Source: Auanema rhodensis
Lineage: Eukaryota > Animalia > Nematoda
DNA: 64,000 nucleotides
Direction of reading: 5' to 3'
NCBI GenBank assembly: GCA_964057225.1
Contig: OZ059894.1
Span: 5,704,001-5,768,000 of the forward strand
Position 1 is the stretch's first letter. Each line of letters begins with the position of its first letter. Shown here one piece after another: positions 1-11,820 of this stretch. The notes below the pieces were generated by a model, which was not told the origin of the DNA, did not search any database, and saw nothing but the letters and a program-made list of their open reading frames with translations. A program made the translations under genes and the position numbers.

Positions 1-52
1 ATATCATGTTCATATATATCGTTTTTAACTATTTGTCTTCGAATTCATTTAC

Positions 53-124
53 CTTAATGGCAATAGATTGGTCTAGAAGAGCAAGAGTAGTTCCAACAAA
101 AGCGAGAAGAATAAGATACTTCAT
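53..124 (-). CDS. Transthyretin-like (TTR-52/DUF290) secreted protein, exon 1 only; the gene runs off the window start
   Basis: TTCAG acceptor just upstream of ATG at 124. The exon encodes MKYLILLAFVGTTLALLDQSIAIK, then a GT donor at 52-51. Exon length (72 nt) and the DQSIA(I/V)K motif match the neighbouring ttr gene. Confidence 0.85.
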
Positions 125-1950
125 GATGATCTGAATGAAATTTTCTGATTATGAAAAATATAATGAAAAAGCATAAAAGTGCCGAATCAGAAGCATACTA
201 AAAATTTTTAAGAATTTAAGATTCTAAGAATTTTTTTTTATGAAAGTCGTTCAAATTTCTAAAGCTATAAGTAAGATAATTTGAAAAATTTCAAAGCTAA
301 AGAATATACATCAATTCAAACTGTTTAATAAGGATACGATTTAATTTTACACTAACACATTTCACTACAATTATAGCACATCGTCAAATGGCAGAAAAAA
401 AGTTATTAACTGCTGACATTGGTTAGATATAAAGTCAGCAACTATTATAATCTGCTAGTTCATCAAAGTATTCCGAAAAAAAAAATTTTTTGCCTATATT
501 TATAGACAATGATAAAATACTGTAGAAACGTGCTCTCATTGATATTGATATTTTTGTGTTGTTGTCAATCACTTTGTGCTTATCGAATAATCATTTCTTT
601 ATCAATTTGAAGGATATTATTATGAATAAAGCTGTTTTAATGATTAGAGAGTCCTTCACAATTATCAAGCTATAAACTTTAAACCATAAAATATGTCTAT
701 ATATTTTCTATATTCATGTATATGTATATACATAGATATATATTGTAAATATATGAAAAAAGACTATATATTTTGAGAATTTAACATTTTTAAATTCAAA
801 AAGAGAAGTTAATTAGTTTGATAATGAGATAAAACCAATGTTGATATATAATTGTTTTAAATGAGGCAAAAATGTCTGGATGGAAGTTGAAAAATTCTAT
901 CTTTCTCGGTTCTATTGAGATTTTGTGATCTAGTTCGACCTTTAAAGCATTAATATCCAGTATTAATTGCAAATTCGCAACTCTATCTCAAAAATTGTTA
1001 AAATGTTTAAGAATATTTATTATATTATGACTTTCATCTCATTTCATATTCCTTCATATAAAATATGATAAGATCTACTTTAAGAATAGTTTGAAACTCT
1101 TAGGCACAAAATATCAAAAATTAATGAAATAGTTTTCAAAAGAATTGAAATAATCTTTTTGAAATAAAATTGCGTCAATGTTGGTTTTTCAATACCTTAT
1201 GCATATTTGAAGTTTTTTGAATAAAAAAATATATGGAGAAGTTCATATATGTGTTCCAAAAATTATATATACGTGAATGTTTCTGGTCAGATGGATGATT
1301 CATCATAAAATATATTGTATCTTAACATGATATTCATTATCTTTTTCAAATTAAAAACCGAGTTCTCTTGGAATTTTATAGATGAAAAAGAACAACTTCT
1401 TCTTTACATGCTTCATGAACATAAGGAATTTAGGGATTCTTCTTGTTGTAGCTAGCATTAATTTTTCTATTATAGAATGTTTTAGAATAGCTAAACCATG
1501 AAAATACTCAGTAGTTGTAATCTAAGATGTTTTGCTATTGAATAGTATGAGAAGTTAGATCCAGACAGATTTTGGAACAGATAACTTGTTGTTGATACTT
1601 TTTAAGATATAAGAAATCTAGAGCACAAAATAAAAAAAATATTAAACTTTCAAATACTTCAATAAAGGTCACAATCATCAAAAATCAGCATGGAAGCACA
1701 TTACTAGTAAACTACATGTTAGCTTTTCAATGAACTACCAATGTCATTTTGAAAAAAAAATTAGAGGTGAACTCCGAATTTAAATATTTTTAATTAAATT
1801 TGTAATTAGAACAAGAATTGCCAAAGAAAAAATGGATGTTGAAACCAGTATTTAAATATTCTAACAAAGAAACTTTAAATGAAGTTTATTTCAAGACATA
1901 TAGCGTAAATTGGTTTTAAAAACATTTTAAAGCAGATTTTGAATATAAAT

Positions 1951-2596
1951 CTAATCATCATGATCATCATCCATCATGTGACGATCAGCTCTTCTTTTGC
2001 GTGAGACAATCATCTCACGTTCCTCCTTCATGAAAATGGTTTCAAGATTGATAACTCCTGTAAAAATACAAGAACATCCACATGATATCAATTTTAATTT
2101 TCTCACCGATATCAAAAGTTTTCTTAGGAGTGGGACCATTAGTGATGTAGCTTTTTGGAAGGGCAAATTTAACCTTGCGCGATCCAGGCTGAAAATTTCC
2201 AAAACTTTATGCGGTTTCTTTCTTTTTATCATACGAGTATATCATCACAATCGTGATAAACCTTGAAGACGGGATCAATTGGAGTTAACTCAGCAGTTCC
2301 TCCAGAGAGCATGAACTCTCCCTTAGCGTCAGTGTAACCTTGATCAAGCAAGTCATCTGGATCTGGTCCTGCAAAATGAAACTAAAAGATGAATGAAGCA
2401 AAAAATAAATAACCAGAGTCTTCTTCCCAAAGCTTGATTCGAACATTAGCAGCTTCCTTGTTTCCGCAAAGAAGCTTACCCTGAAGATCGAGTAATGAAG
2501 TTTTAAGTTTGGTAGAAATCATACTTTAACGGCGATGGATTGATCCCTCATAGCGGCAGTGAGGCCAAATAAGGCCACCAAAATGGCAAACTTCAT
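1951..2596 (-). CDS. ttr-46: Transthyretin-like protein, ttr-46-like (5 exons)
   Basis: Exons 2596-2525, 2480-2414, 2368-2235, 2188-2107, 2057-1951 splice in frame to MKFAILVALFGLTAAMRDQSIAVK-GKLLCGNKEAANVRIKLWEEDSGPDPDDLLDQGYTDAKGEFMLSGGTAELTPIDPVFKVYHDCDDIL-PGSRKVKFALPKSYITNGPTPKKTFDIGVINLETIFMKEEREMIVSRKRRADRHMMDDDHDD*. Family is clear; the specific symbol rests on recalled similarity. Confidence 0.9.
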
Positions 2597-2719
2597 CTCT
2601 AAAATGAAATTTTACTGAGTTAAATGTTAAAGTTTAAAAAAATGGGAAATAAGAACGTTGTCAAACTAAAGCGGATAATCGAAGACTGAAATGAAAATTT
2701 GTTTTTTTTTTCTGGTCAA

Positions 2720-2728
2720 ACTGATAAG
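2720..2728. promoter_or_regulatory. Extended GATA site (ACTGATAAG) ~125 bp upstream of the ttr-46-like ATG
   Basis: Matches the TGATAA consensus bound by nematode ELT GATA factors; further TGATAA copies near 3018 and 3036. Short motif, so a chance match is possible. Confidence 0.35.
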
Positions 2729-4468
2729 CACGGCTGTTAATAGATTTATTGTAACAAACGATAAAATTTTATAATATCTGAGTAACTATGGGATATTTCT
2801 GGAGTTAGTTTAAATGAAAAACAGTTGAAGCTTCTCAATTATAATTACGAAATATAAGTTGTGATCATGAGCAATTGGTAAACCAAGGAAAAATCATTGA
2901 ATAAATCACACTCTTATATAATACAACTAAAGGAAAATCCAATGAAGCTCTCACAATCAGCGAAGACTATCAGACTCTTGAGTGAATGAATGTGTAGTCG
3001 AGAGCAACTAATATTGTGATAAATATTTCTGAAATTGATAAGACAAGAGATCAGATGTTGAAATTGTTATTTGCCCTCTAGCAAATAGATAAGAAAAGCC
3101 AAAAGATTTTCTGTGTAAATATAATAAACAGTTAAATTTCGTTTAGAATGTTATCAAGAAAATTATAAGTACACATATATATAAATTGGTTACGTAAATT
3201 GGTTTTTATTTTTAGGTTTTTAGTTGGTCGTGAACGGTTGTTTCTGAAAAAATAAAAGAATTAACAATTGAAGTTTTTGGTTTCTACATAATGAATTAAT
3301 GAAAAACATATTTATAAAACAAAACACATATAGTGTTAATAAGATTATGCTATATAAATAAATCTAAGTCGAGCTGAATCATTCTCTAACACATGTACAT
3401 ATATATTTATATTATGCGTACATGCACACTTTAAGTAAAAATTATCTCTATTGTGAAAATCGAATAGAGAGAGCAATTTCATGTTATGTAATTTCACCTT
3501 TCCTTCTTTATTTTTTTCATCACTCGATATCCGTTATGTGGAAAACGAACTTGTTTTCAATAGATTTCGCCCAATTATCCTCCTATTCGTCATGTATACA
3601 GACTAACATTTAGAGAGTAGAACGGACTATCGTCCTTTTGAAATGTGTCTGAGAAGAATCGTGCTTGACGAATGACAACAAGCAAAGTTCAACCGTGCCT
3701 AATGAATCATAATTTAAAATTTTTAGTTGTATTTATCTTGTGTAATTCATTTATTTTTTCCGAATAATGAGGAAGAGCTGCAAATAATGAATGAAAATGA
3801 CCTAAAAAAAGATTATTAATTATTTCAATAATTCATCTTATCCATTGGAAGTTTTGATACTTTCGATATTATAACTTTTTTTTATATAGCAAGATCAAGA
3901 GTGAATTAAAATAATTTTGATTGCTGTTTATTCTATAGACGTATTGCCTTCGAAAGATGATTACCACGCTTTTCTCAGGAGTTCATTCGTTTTACAAATA
4001 TAGATATTCCAAGTATATTCTTTGAATAATATAGTTAATAATGAACTGACTGGGGTGGAGATGTATAAGGTATATATTCATGAATCTATTTAGAAGAAAA
4101 CGAGGTGCATTGATAAAGAGGGGAGGGAGAAAGAGAGAAACGAAGAAGGCGAAAGAGAGAAGCTGAAGCTAGAGAGAGAATTCAAAAGACCGTAAGACTT
4201 CTAGAAACGAATTCAAAGAGGTTGAGATCAGGAGAGAAAATATGGAACTAAGATAACATATAGATACATAGAGAAATAGAGAAAGGAACAAGAAAAATGA
4301 ATAAAGGAGGAGGGAGGGGAGAGACAACGTATTCCTAGAGAATTAGATGAAGAGAGATCTAGAAGGAATTATAGTGGGTGGAGATACAAATGGCATCACA
4401 AAAAGGCGGAGTCAGTTTCAACTTGGCTTCAACGCTTCTAATTGTGAGTAACGTCTTCAGAAGTTAGT

Positions 4469-4766
4469 ATGCACGTCTTAAACATTTTCCAAGCCATTTT
4501 ATTCCTTATGATCGCATGTTTGCTGCCTATGTCCATGGCTCAAGGATACGAAGAGGTCAGTCAATTTTTTTACTTTGTCTCAATGATTAAATTATGAAGT
4601 AGTTCCGCTGTTTTAACAATAAAACTCTCATCTCCTTGAAATTTTTTTCATGCTTAATGCGAATTTTACGATTCTTGACGACTAAGAACGGCTAAGATTA
4701 CAAGAATATTTTAGAAAAAATATTTCTATGTTGAATTTCTGAGCATATAGAAGTTTTCTGAAAAAA

Positions 4767-4802
<36 letters not shown>

Positions 4803-7142
4803 CATCGTTATTTATAGTTTTTTTTTCAAGTTTTGCAATAATTAAAGCCCTGCTTAGAGCACTCTAAATCCTCATTCTCGACATTTACAAGACATTTTGA
4901 GAAAAAAAACCAACTTTGAATTTCTGGAGTCTATAGATAGCTGTCGAAGATTACGAAGCAAACATATAATCAGATAGAATTCGTTTCGGAGAACTTTTAA
5001 AATATGATTTTCATATTTCAAAACATCTCATCAAAGTTTGGTCTTCAATATTTTGATCTAACTCTTCATCGTTAAACTTGTACGAAAAGTTTGTTTGAGA
5101 ACTTCTGACGGAAATGAACATGTTTTTTTCTCAATATTCAAAAATCAGCTGATAAATAGCCAGAAAATGCAGTAGTATATTGGGGGATCCTGTCCACTAC
5201 TGGGTATCTTTATGAATAAAAACGATATTCGAACCATTTTCGAGCCTCCAAATACTTATAAAAAAAGATCATTATCACAGTCAAAGTTTAACTACAGTTA
5301 CGCATTTACCAACTATTTGATCCTTGCTCTAATAATTTATAACATCAAGAAGAACTGCTTTTCTATCATAATGTTTTATCATGATCGTTGGTATCAACCA
5401 TTTTTCTGTGTGAGACACTCATTAGATGATTTTCGTAAAGTATCAATGCTGAATATAATATGTAGATGACTATATTTAACGGAATCCAATAATTAGTTAG
5501 CGAAATCTTAAATGTGATCAGAAATAATGATGTAATTCTATTCTTTTAACAGCATCATTCTTCTTCTTACATTTTCATACTTTTATGATAAATTATTGCC
5601 ATCATGCAATAATCATATTTGAGAGTTTATCATAAAAGTTAATAATGAATTCCATCAGAGAATTATGACATATTTTCATCTTGCTGGTTAACAATTATAC
5701 CGAAAGATAATGCAAAGCAGCTTTTAACTATTTTGATTAAATGAGTTTAATCATTACACATCTAACATCAAATAGTATTTACTATTGAATATAGAAAAAA
5801 ATGATTTATGCCTCTTCGTAACAAAAAAAATTGTTCGTGAAGAGTATTAATTTTTTTTATTTCCTTGATGTATATCTCGCAAATCCTTTCGTCCTTCCGA
5901 ACAATAGAATTTTTTTGATCTCATCGACAATGATTGAGATGGTAGTCCTCTTTCTCTGTTTTCACATTTAAGTTAATTTGTGCTGGGAAAAATTCTAAAA
6001 GTTAAAGTAGTTTTGAGAAGAAAGAAGAAGAAAATTCTAAAACGATATTTAAGATAGATTTTCAACTAATCAGCAAGCAACGAATGTTAAGATATAATAC
6101 CCACAACAGTATTGGAGGAAACAAGACAGTAAACATAAAGCTTTGAAGGATGAAAATATATCCAGTAAACTTAAAACATAACAAAGCAAATTTTCTTGAA
6201 CTTTTTGTGTATTCTATCCGACTATTTGATGCTAATTCTTTATGAAAAACATGCTACGAGCACGACGGAACGTTCAAAAGCAAAAATTATATCATCTGAG
6301 TAACTGTGTTGTTCATGGGCTTTGACAATCATCTAATTGACCCATTTGTACGGGACGGAAGTTCTGTTTATTCTGACGTTGTTCGCCGTTGTCGTCAGTA
6401 TCAAAAGAACTTCTGCTGTAATAAGATAGCAGCAGTAGTTTTCAAATCATCCAGTCTTCATTGGAGTATATTCACAACTATTTCTTGAATGATACAACAC
6501 TTAACTCTCATCTTCCGGAATAGATGTTTCTGGTATGGAGTATATAAAGCATCATTGTAGTCAGTCTAATGAAGGCGAAAACACATTTTTTTCTACAACG
6601 AACAGAAGACGAAAGATATTTGTATGAGAAAATGCTATCTACATCAAATCTTTTTTCTTTGGATTTGAGGAAACGAAATCTGGGTTTATCAGTTTGAGTC
6701 ATAATAGAGCTGTTGGTGGTCCTCAAGATATTTTATTGTAACAGTGATAATGAAAACGAGCCCCTTAATCATATGAAAATTCTTATGTGGGAAAAAATTG
6801 CAGGTTTCTTAATACTTAATATGCATAAGAAAATTATTAGAATAAATTCATTATATAAGCAGTACCTTTATCCTCGTTTCATCTCATTTTGTGGGTTGGT
6901 ATAAAATTGACTAAGTAATACTAATTGGGAAATTCTTTATGCTTTTCTCTGAAAATCAAAATATCAGCAAAATGAATAATAAGCATTTATTTCAGTATTT
7001 GGGTCCATATGATGGTCTTACTTCTTGGGGAAAGAGATCAGATCTCGGCTACGAATTTCCTCAGTTCAAGGGTCTCCGAGGAATGCGGGGAAAACGCGTA
7101 TATTACAACATGAAAGGATTACGAGGAAAGCGTGATGCTTAG
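4469..7142 (+). CDS. nlp-58: Neuropeptide precursor, tachykinin-like (NLP-58-type GLR/GMR-amide peptides)
   Basis: Exon 1 4469-4555 (MHVLNIFQAILFLMIACLLPMSMAQGYEE, signal peptide; CTTCAG acceptor upstream, GTCAGT donor) joins in phase 0 to exon 6996-7142 (YLGPYDGLTSWGKR SDLGYEFPQFKGLRGMRGKR VYYNMKGLRGKR DA*). Three GKR amidation/cleavage sites. The peptides resemble recalled C. elegans NLP-58 peptides (...GLRGLRa, ...KGLRa). Confidence 0.85.
4775..4802. repeat. (TA)n microsatellite in the nlp-58-like intron
   Basis: Direct reading of the dinucleotide run, preceded by a short (CA)n. Confidence 0.9.
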
Positions 7143-7984
7143 GTAAAAGTTACACTTTTCTGAAAAAAATATATGAATGACATATTTGAACTAACCTTAC
7201 CGATATGAAAATGATCCGCAAAAAAAAAAAGATTAGAAAGAAAAAGACGGAAAGATGAACAAAAATAAAAAAAAAACATAAGCATATTTAATAGTTTTTT
7301 ATTTTTTTAATACAGAAAACTAAATTTTCAATCTTTTACCAGTTTTAATGAATCTCAAGTACGAAAAAAATTTAATACTTTGTAAAATAAACCTTTTAAA
7401 TAATTATGGTTAATGAGGTATGAAATATCTCAAATTTAAAAAAAAACAGATGAAAACCCTTTAAAACTTCAAGAAAAATTAAACCACTATTCATTATTAA
7501 ACTAAGAAATCACTTTTTAATTATTTTAAATTCAACTCTTTTTCTGAATACCCCAAAATAAACAGAACCCATCGACATACTTGCTTCACCCATGTCTCAA
7601 TTTCCACGTGTCATTATTGAATAATTATTAGTTGATTTAGTTTTTAGAATGAGAAATAAAATGTTCGAACACCGAATTTGTAAACAGTAACACTAGATCA
7701 CAAAATTTAATATCACGTTATATAAAATTCAATTCTTCTTAATATAGCGTTTAAAGAACTTTTTTCAGGCTGAGTCAAGATCATATACATTCCAAGAAAC
7801 ATCCTCACTCAAATACATCAGATCTCGTGAAATACTTAATAAATATTTGTTAACGGTATTGTTTTATATACAAATCAACGGCAAATAAAACATCGAAACC
7901 TCGTAATTGTAAATTAATCGAATAAATAAATTTCAATTAAACTTAAGGAAGCTTTTGATCGCAAGTAAATGAAAAATCGTTGTT

Positions 7985-9276
7985 TTATTCCAATCTTGCC
8001 TTTTTTTGAGCGGGATCATCAACATTGGTAAATAATTCAGCGTATAACTGTTCATAACTCATAGCAGCAAAGTCGGCTGAAAATAAAATGAAGTTGCATA
8101 AATATTTTGAACGCTTTACATTGAGGGGCTGCAGGTTCGGCCAACTTGACTTCTACTTTCGGATCAGATCGGACAGGTTTATCAATCCAAGTTGCTGAAG
8201 TTTCAAGATATGCACGGACAAAAAAAGGTGTACCTTTTATATTGGAAGTAGTGCCCTGTTCACTTTCAGCGTCAATAGGATATTCATTCGGCGAAAATTC
8301 GATAACACACAGTTTTCCCTTACCGCCTTTAGTCGGAAGTATTGAAGTTATGGTTAATATTGAACCATACTGAAATATTTTCAATAAATGTATGTTATTC
8401 AATTAGGTACTGTTCAAAAACATTAGAACAGCAAAATTGCACCTTTTCAAATAATTTCCTAATCTCTGCTTCATTATAATCACCGGATTCAACTGTCCAC
8501 TTCACTTTCAATTTTGAAGGTTCAGGCTGCTCTATGAAAAAAAGGTTAAATATAACTTTACATTCAAACATACTGGACGGCTGTATAATATCATCTGTTC
8601 GAGCTTTAGAAAAATATTCTTCTTTTCGTCGAAGCTCCTCTTCAGCTTCTTTTTCTAATCGTTTTCTTAGTTCTTCGAAGTCTGCTTTTAATTTTTTTGC
8701 CTTAATTATAATTATTGCACTAAAACATAGATAATCGTAAGATTATTACTCTAGCTTTTTCTCTCGCCGCCTGAATATGAGGACTGACAACTTCAGCAGT
8801 GCCATTTTGCCTATCAAAAGCTTCCTTTTCCCTCCTATTCAATTCTTCAATAAACCTGAAAATATTTTTTCAATATTACCAAAGTATGTATATTTCGTAC
8901 GTTCGTCTTTCTCCGTCCGACTTCTCCATACGCTGCTTGTACATAGCCTCTCTACGTTCGGCCTTCTCAATAGAGCTGTCATATTCCTCCTATAAAGAAA
9001 TTAAGCTACTACTAGAAACAATTAGGAAACAAACTCTTTTCACTTTATCGTAAAGAAATTCGAAAGCTTCCTTAGCTTGAATGAACCTGTGTTCAGCTGG
9101 AAAGAATGTTTCTATAGCATAGAAAATAAAATAATAAAATCACCCTCTTCTTTTTTATCTAAATTTTTATCAGGATGCCACTTGAGACATTGTTTTCTGT
9201 AAGCTTGCTGTATTTCTTTGTCAGTACATCCTTTCTGGATGCCTAGCACTTCATATGGATTAAAGTTTGGAGCCAT
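7985..9276 (-). CDS. dnj-22: DnaJ co-chaperone, DNAJC17-like (N-terminal J domain, coiled-coil middle, C-terminal RRM-like region)
   Basis: ATG at 9276 directly after a TTAG acceptor. MAPNFNPYEVLGIQKGCTDKEIQQAYRKQCLKWHPDKNLDKKEE has the J-domain HPD motif. Charged middle exons and a 'YGSILTITSILPTKGGKGKLCVIEF' RRM-like segment follow. Last exon ends ...DDPAQKKARLE* at 7985. Confidence 0.85.
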
Positions 9277-11203
9277 CTAAGCGAAAATATGATCATTCCG
9301 TTTACAATTCTCAAAAAGGAAAATGAAACTCTTTACAGACTTAGTTGTATTTTTTAAAATAATTTTTCTTAATTTTAAGTACTCTTCTGTTCTTTTCGAT
9401 GAAATTAAAATAAATTATTTAAAAATTTACTACAATGTTATTTGTTGAAATACTTGAAATAGACGTTAACACATTCAGGACGGCGTGATTCTTCACGGTC
9501 GGTAAATTACGTACAAAAAATTAAAAAATTAAAAAAATAGATTTTACTTGTTAATTTCAATATTATGTTAATAAACAACACGGAAATGATCTAAAAAAGG
9601 GAAATGATACAAAACTAAGATAAAATGATAAAAAAAAACTGTCAATTTTTCTATTAATTTTTGTTCATTTTTGAAAGTATGGCATAATTTAAACTTGATC
9701 TATTTATGCTTAAGAACTTACTGTGATTAGATATTTAGTTGAATGACAGATGAGATATCACTCTTCACATGCCTAAAGTTTTGATTCATAGATCCTTTTA
9801 TTTTTGAAGTTATACAATCTCAAATATACGATATCGTCATAAACTGTTTCACAATTTATTACATGCGTTTTAGCCATGAGCACTGTGTCGATTATTTTTT
9901 TTAAATTAAAAATTAAATTAAAAATTAAAAATTAAAATTAAATTTAACATTGCGTATTGAACTCTCCTTTTCAATCTGACGAAAAAGTCTAGGGAGCAGA
10001 ATTTACGGACGTTAGTTTAAATTCAGTTTAGTTAGAAAATTATGATACTTAGCCTAGTGTGAATTAAGTATCTTTGATTTTGGCTTTAAGTTTCCTCGAA
10101 ATTAGAAAGAGTTGGAATACCAATTACAGACAGTAAGTTTCATTTTTAGAAAAAGAAAAATAATTATGTTCGTTTGAAACGAATTGTATGAAAGAAAAAT
10201 CAGAATATGCTATTTATTAATTCAATATTCAAAACAAGAAAAAAGCTTCCTTAAAAGTTTGATCTACTACGAACCGTTTACTACAGGTAGAATTCATAAT
10301 GAAAAAAAGAACAATAAACAAATATGGTAAAAATTATTTTTATACAAATGTATAACTAAAAATCACATATACAGTAAAAATTGATTAGTTTTAATTTTAG
10401 TTTAATTGACTTAAGAGAAATCAAGACCCGTAGAAGTAGAAGACGTTGATTCACTAGTTGGCCATGCCAATGAAACAACAAATTTTCTATACTTATTTCT
10501 GCCCAACTTTTTGAATAAGTTATTTCTGTCGATTTTAAATGTTACCGATTGGCAGAGAAGGTGGTTATAATTGTCAGGTATGTTTTGAGACTCAAGTATC
10601 AGTTGATCACCAGTTATTGTAGAGCACCTAGACTCTAAAAGAGCTCCATTCCTTTTTCTCTATTTTTTTCTTAGTTATGTATTGTTTTTTGTCGTTTAAT
10701 AAATTTATTTCGTTGTGTGTCGTTGGTGATTTCGAGGGAAGACAACATCGTAATCAGCAGAACCCGAGTACACAATAGTTCGCGCACTCATCGAGAGGCA
10801 GTTAGATAAAGCTCTGTCATCCTTCAAGCTAACCGCAAAGGCCGTTAGTTGGTTCATTAGGGCGGATCTTTATAGAGATCTGTTTTGTCCGAGATCGTAG
10901 TTAAAGGACACGAACTCGACGAGCTCAAGTCAATAAAGAGACCCAGACGCTCATGGCAGTAAGAAAGACTGCAGACACCCTAAGATTCCGTCAGACACGG
11001 ATACACTACACTCTTCCTGTAGAAGCGAGAAGAGTCGTGTGAAGAACTTCACCAACGAGCAAAAAAACAGTATAGGATCAGACAGAAAGATACAGTAAAC
11101 TACAGCGAATATGCATAGACAGAAATAGTAAATACGACAATACCGATGGGGTGGCCGAGATATATAGTGTCATATTAGCACATATCCCTGATGTAGAATA
11201 CGG

Positions 11204-11293
11204 ACATAGTATTTGAAATTTATTAAATGTAACGCGCAGTTTTCAATAGTTGTTTAATTATAAAGAAAATCGGATCTTGAAGGGAGTTTGCTC
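11204..11293 (+). repeat. 90-bp dispersed repeat, copy 1 (copy 2 at 19441-19530)
   Basis: acatagtatttgaaatttattaaatgtaacgcgcagttttc...gaagggagt(t/c)tgctc occurs at both places with about three substitutions. Confidence 0.9.
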
Positions 11294-11393
11294 GTTCGAG
11301 TGCGTGCCACTGGTCCAAGTACATTCTAATTTTCTTCATTCCACACATTTTTATAAACTACTTTATCAGCGAACTTTCGGTGTTTCTTCTTCT

Positions 11394-11619
11394 TGGATCT
11401 AACCCAAAAGAATTGAAGAAATTACTTTTCCCATGTTTCTTTTTATAGCAAATCAATGAGTATCCATACCTTTTGAAGAATCCAAATTCACAATTCCGAC
11501 TTTTCTTGAAAGTTTAAAATCATATCTGGAAGAGTGTCACGCATAACATCACCTTGGAAGTCATTAATTTTAAACTCTTTCACGAGCTATTCGGGGTCCA
11601 GATTTGCCAGAAGTTTCAT
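11394..11619 (-). mobile_element. Decayed Maverick/Polinton (adintovirus-type) adenain-like cysteine protease fragment
   Basis: Reading through one stop and two frameshifts gives MKLLANLDPE*LVKEFKINDFQGDVMRDTLP..GIVNLDSSKGMDTH(W)ICYKKKHGKSNFFNSFGLDP. This matches, in order, the Polinton protease motifs LSNxDL..LKIxxFxGVFMRDxLP, GIVNLDxSxGxGTHW and YFDSFG. Confidence 0.75.
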
Positions 11620-11820
11620 GTGCGATTGTGGGAAATACCTTTGCTCAGATTTTTGCCCAGTTTTCCCAGACGTGTGAAAAGAGCCCAATATTGAAGATTA
11701 TCAAAATTAGGAGTTTTCCGTTAGCCAAGACTTTGCTTTTCGAAAGCATGAAAATAGCGGAAAAATTCAGAAAGTCGCATTTGGGCAAAACGGTGCGACA
11801 GCGTCAACACTCGATATACT

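Noticed and set aside
1997-2266. + strand ORFs antisense to real exons (also 8146-8373 and 36461-36781)
   Set aside because: Shadow frames of genuine minus-strand genes.
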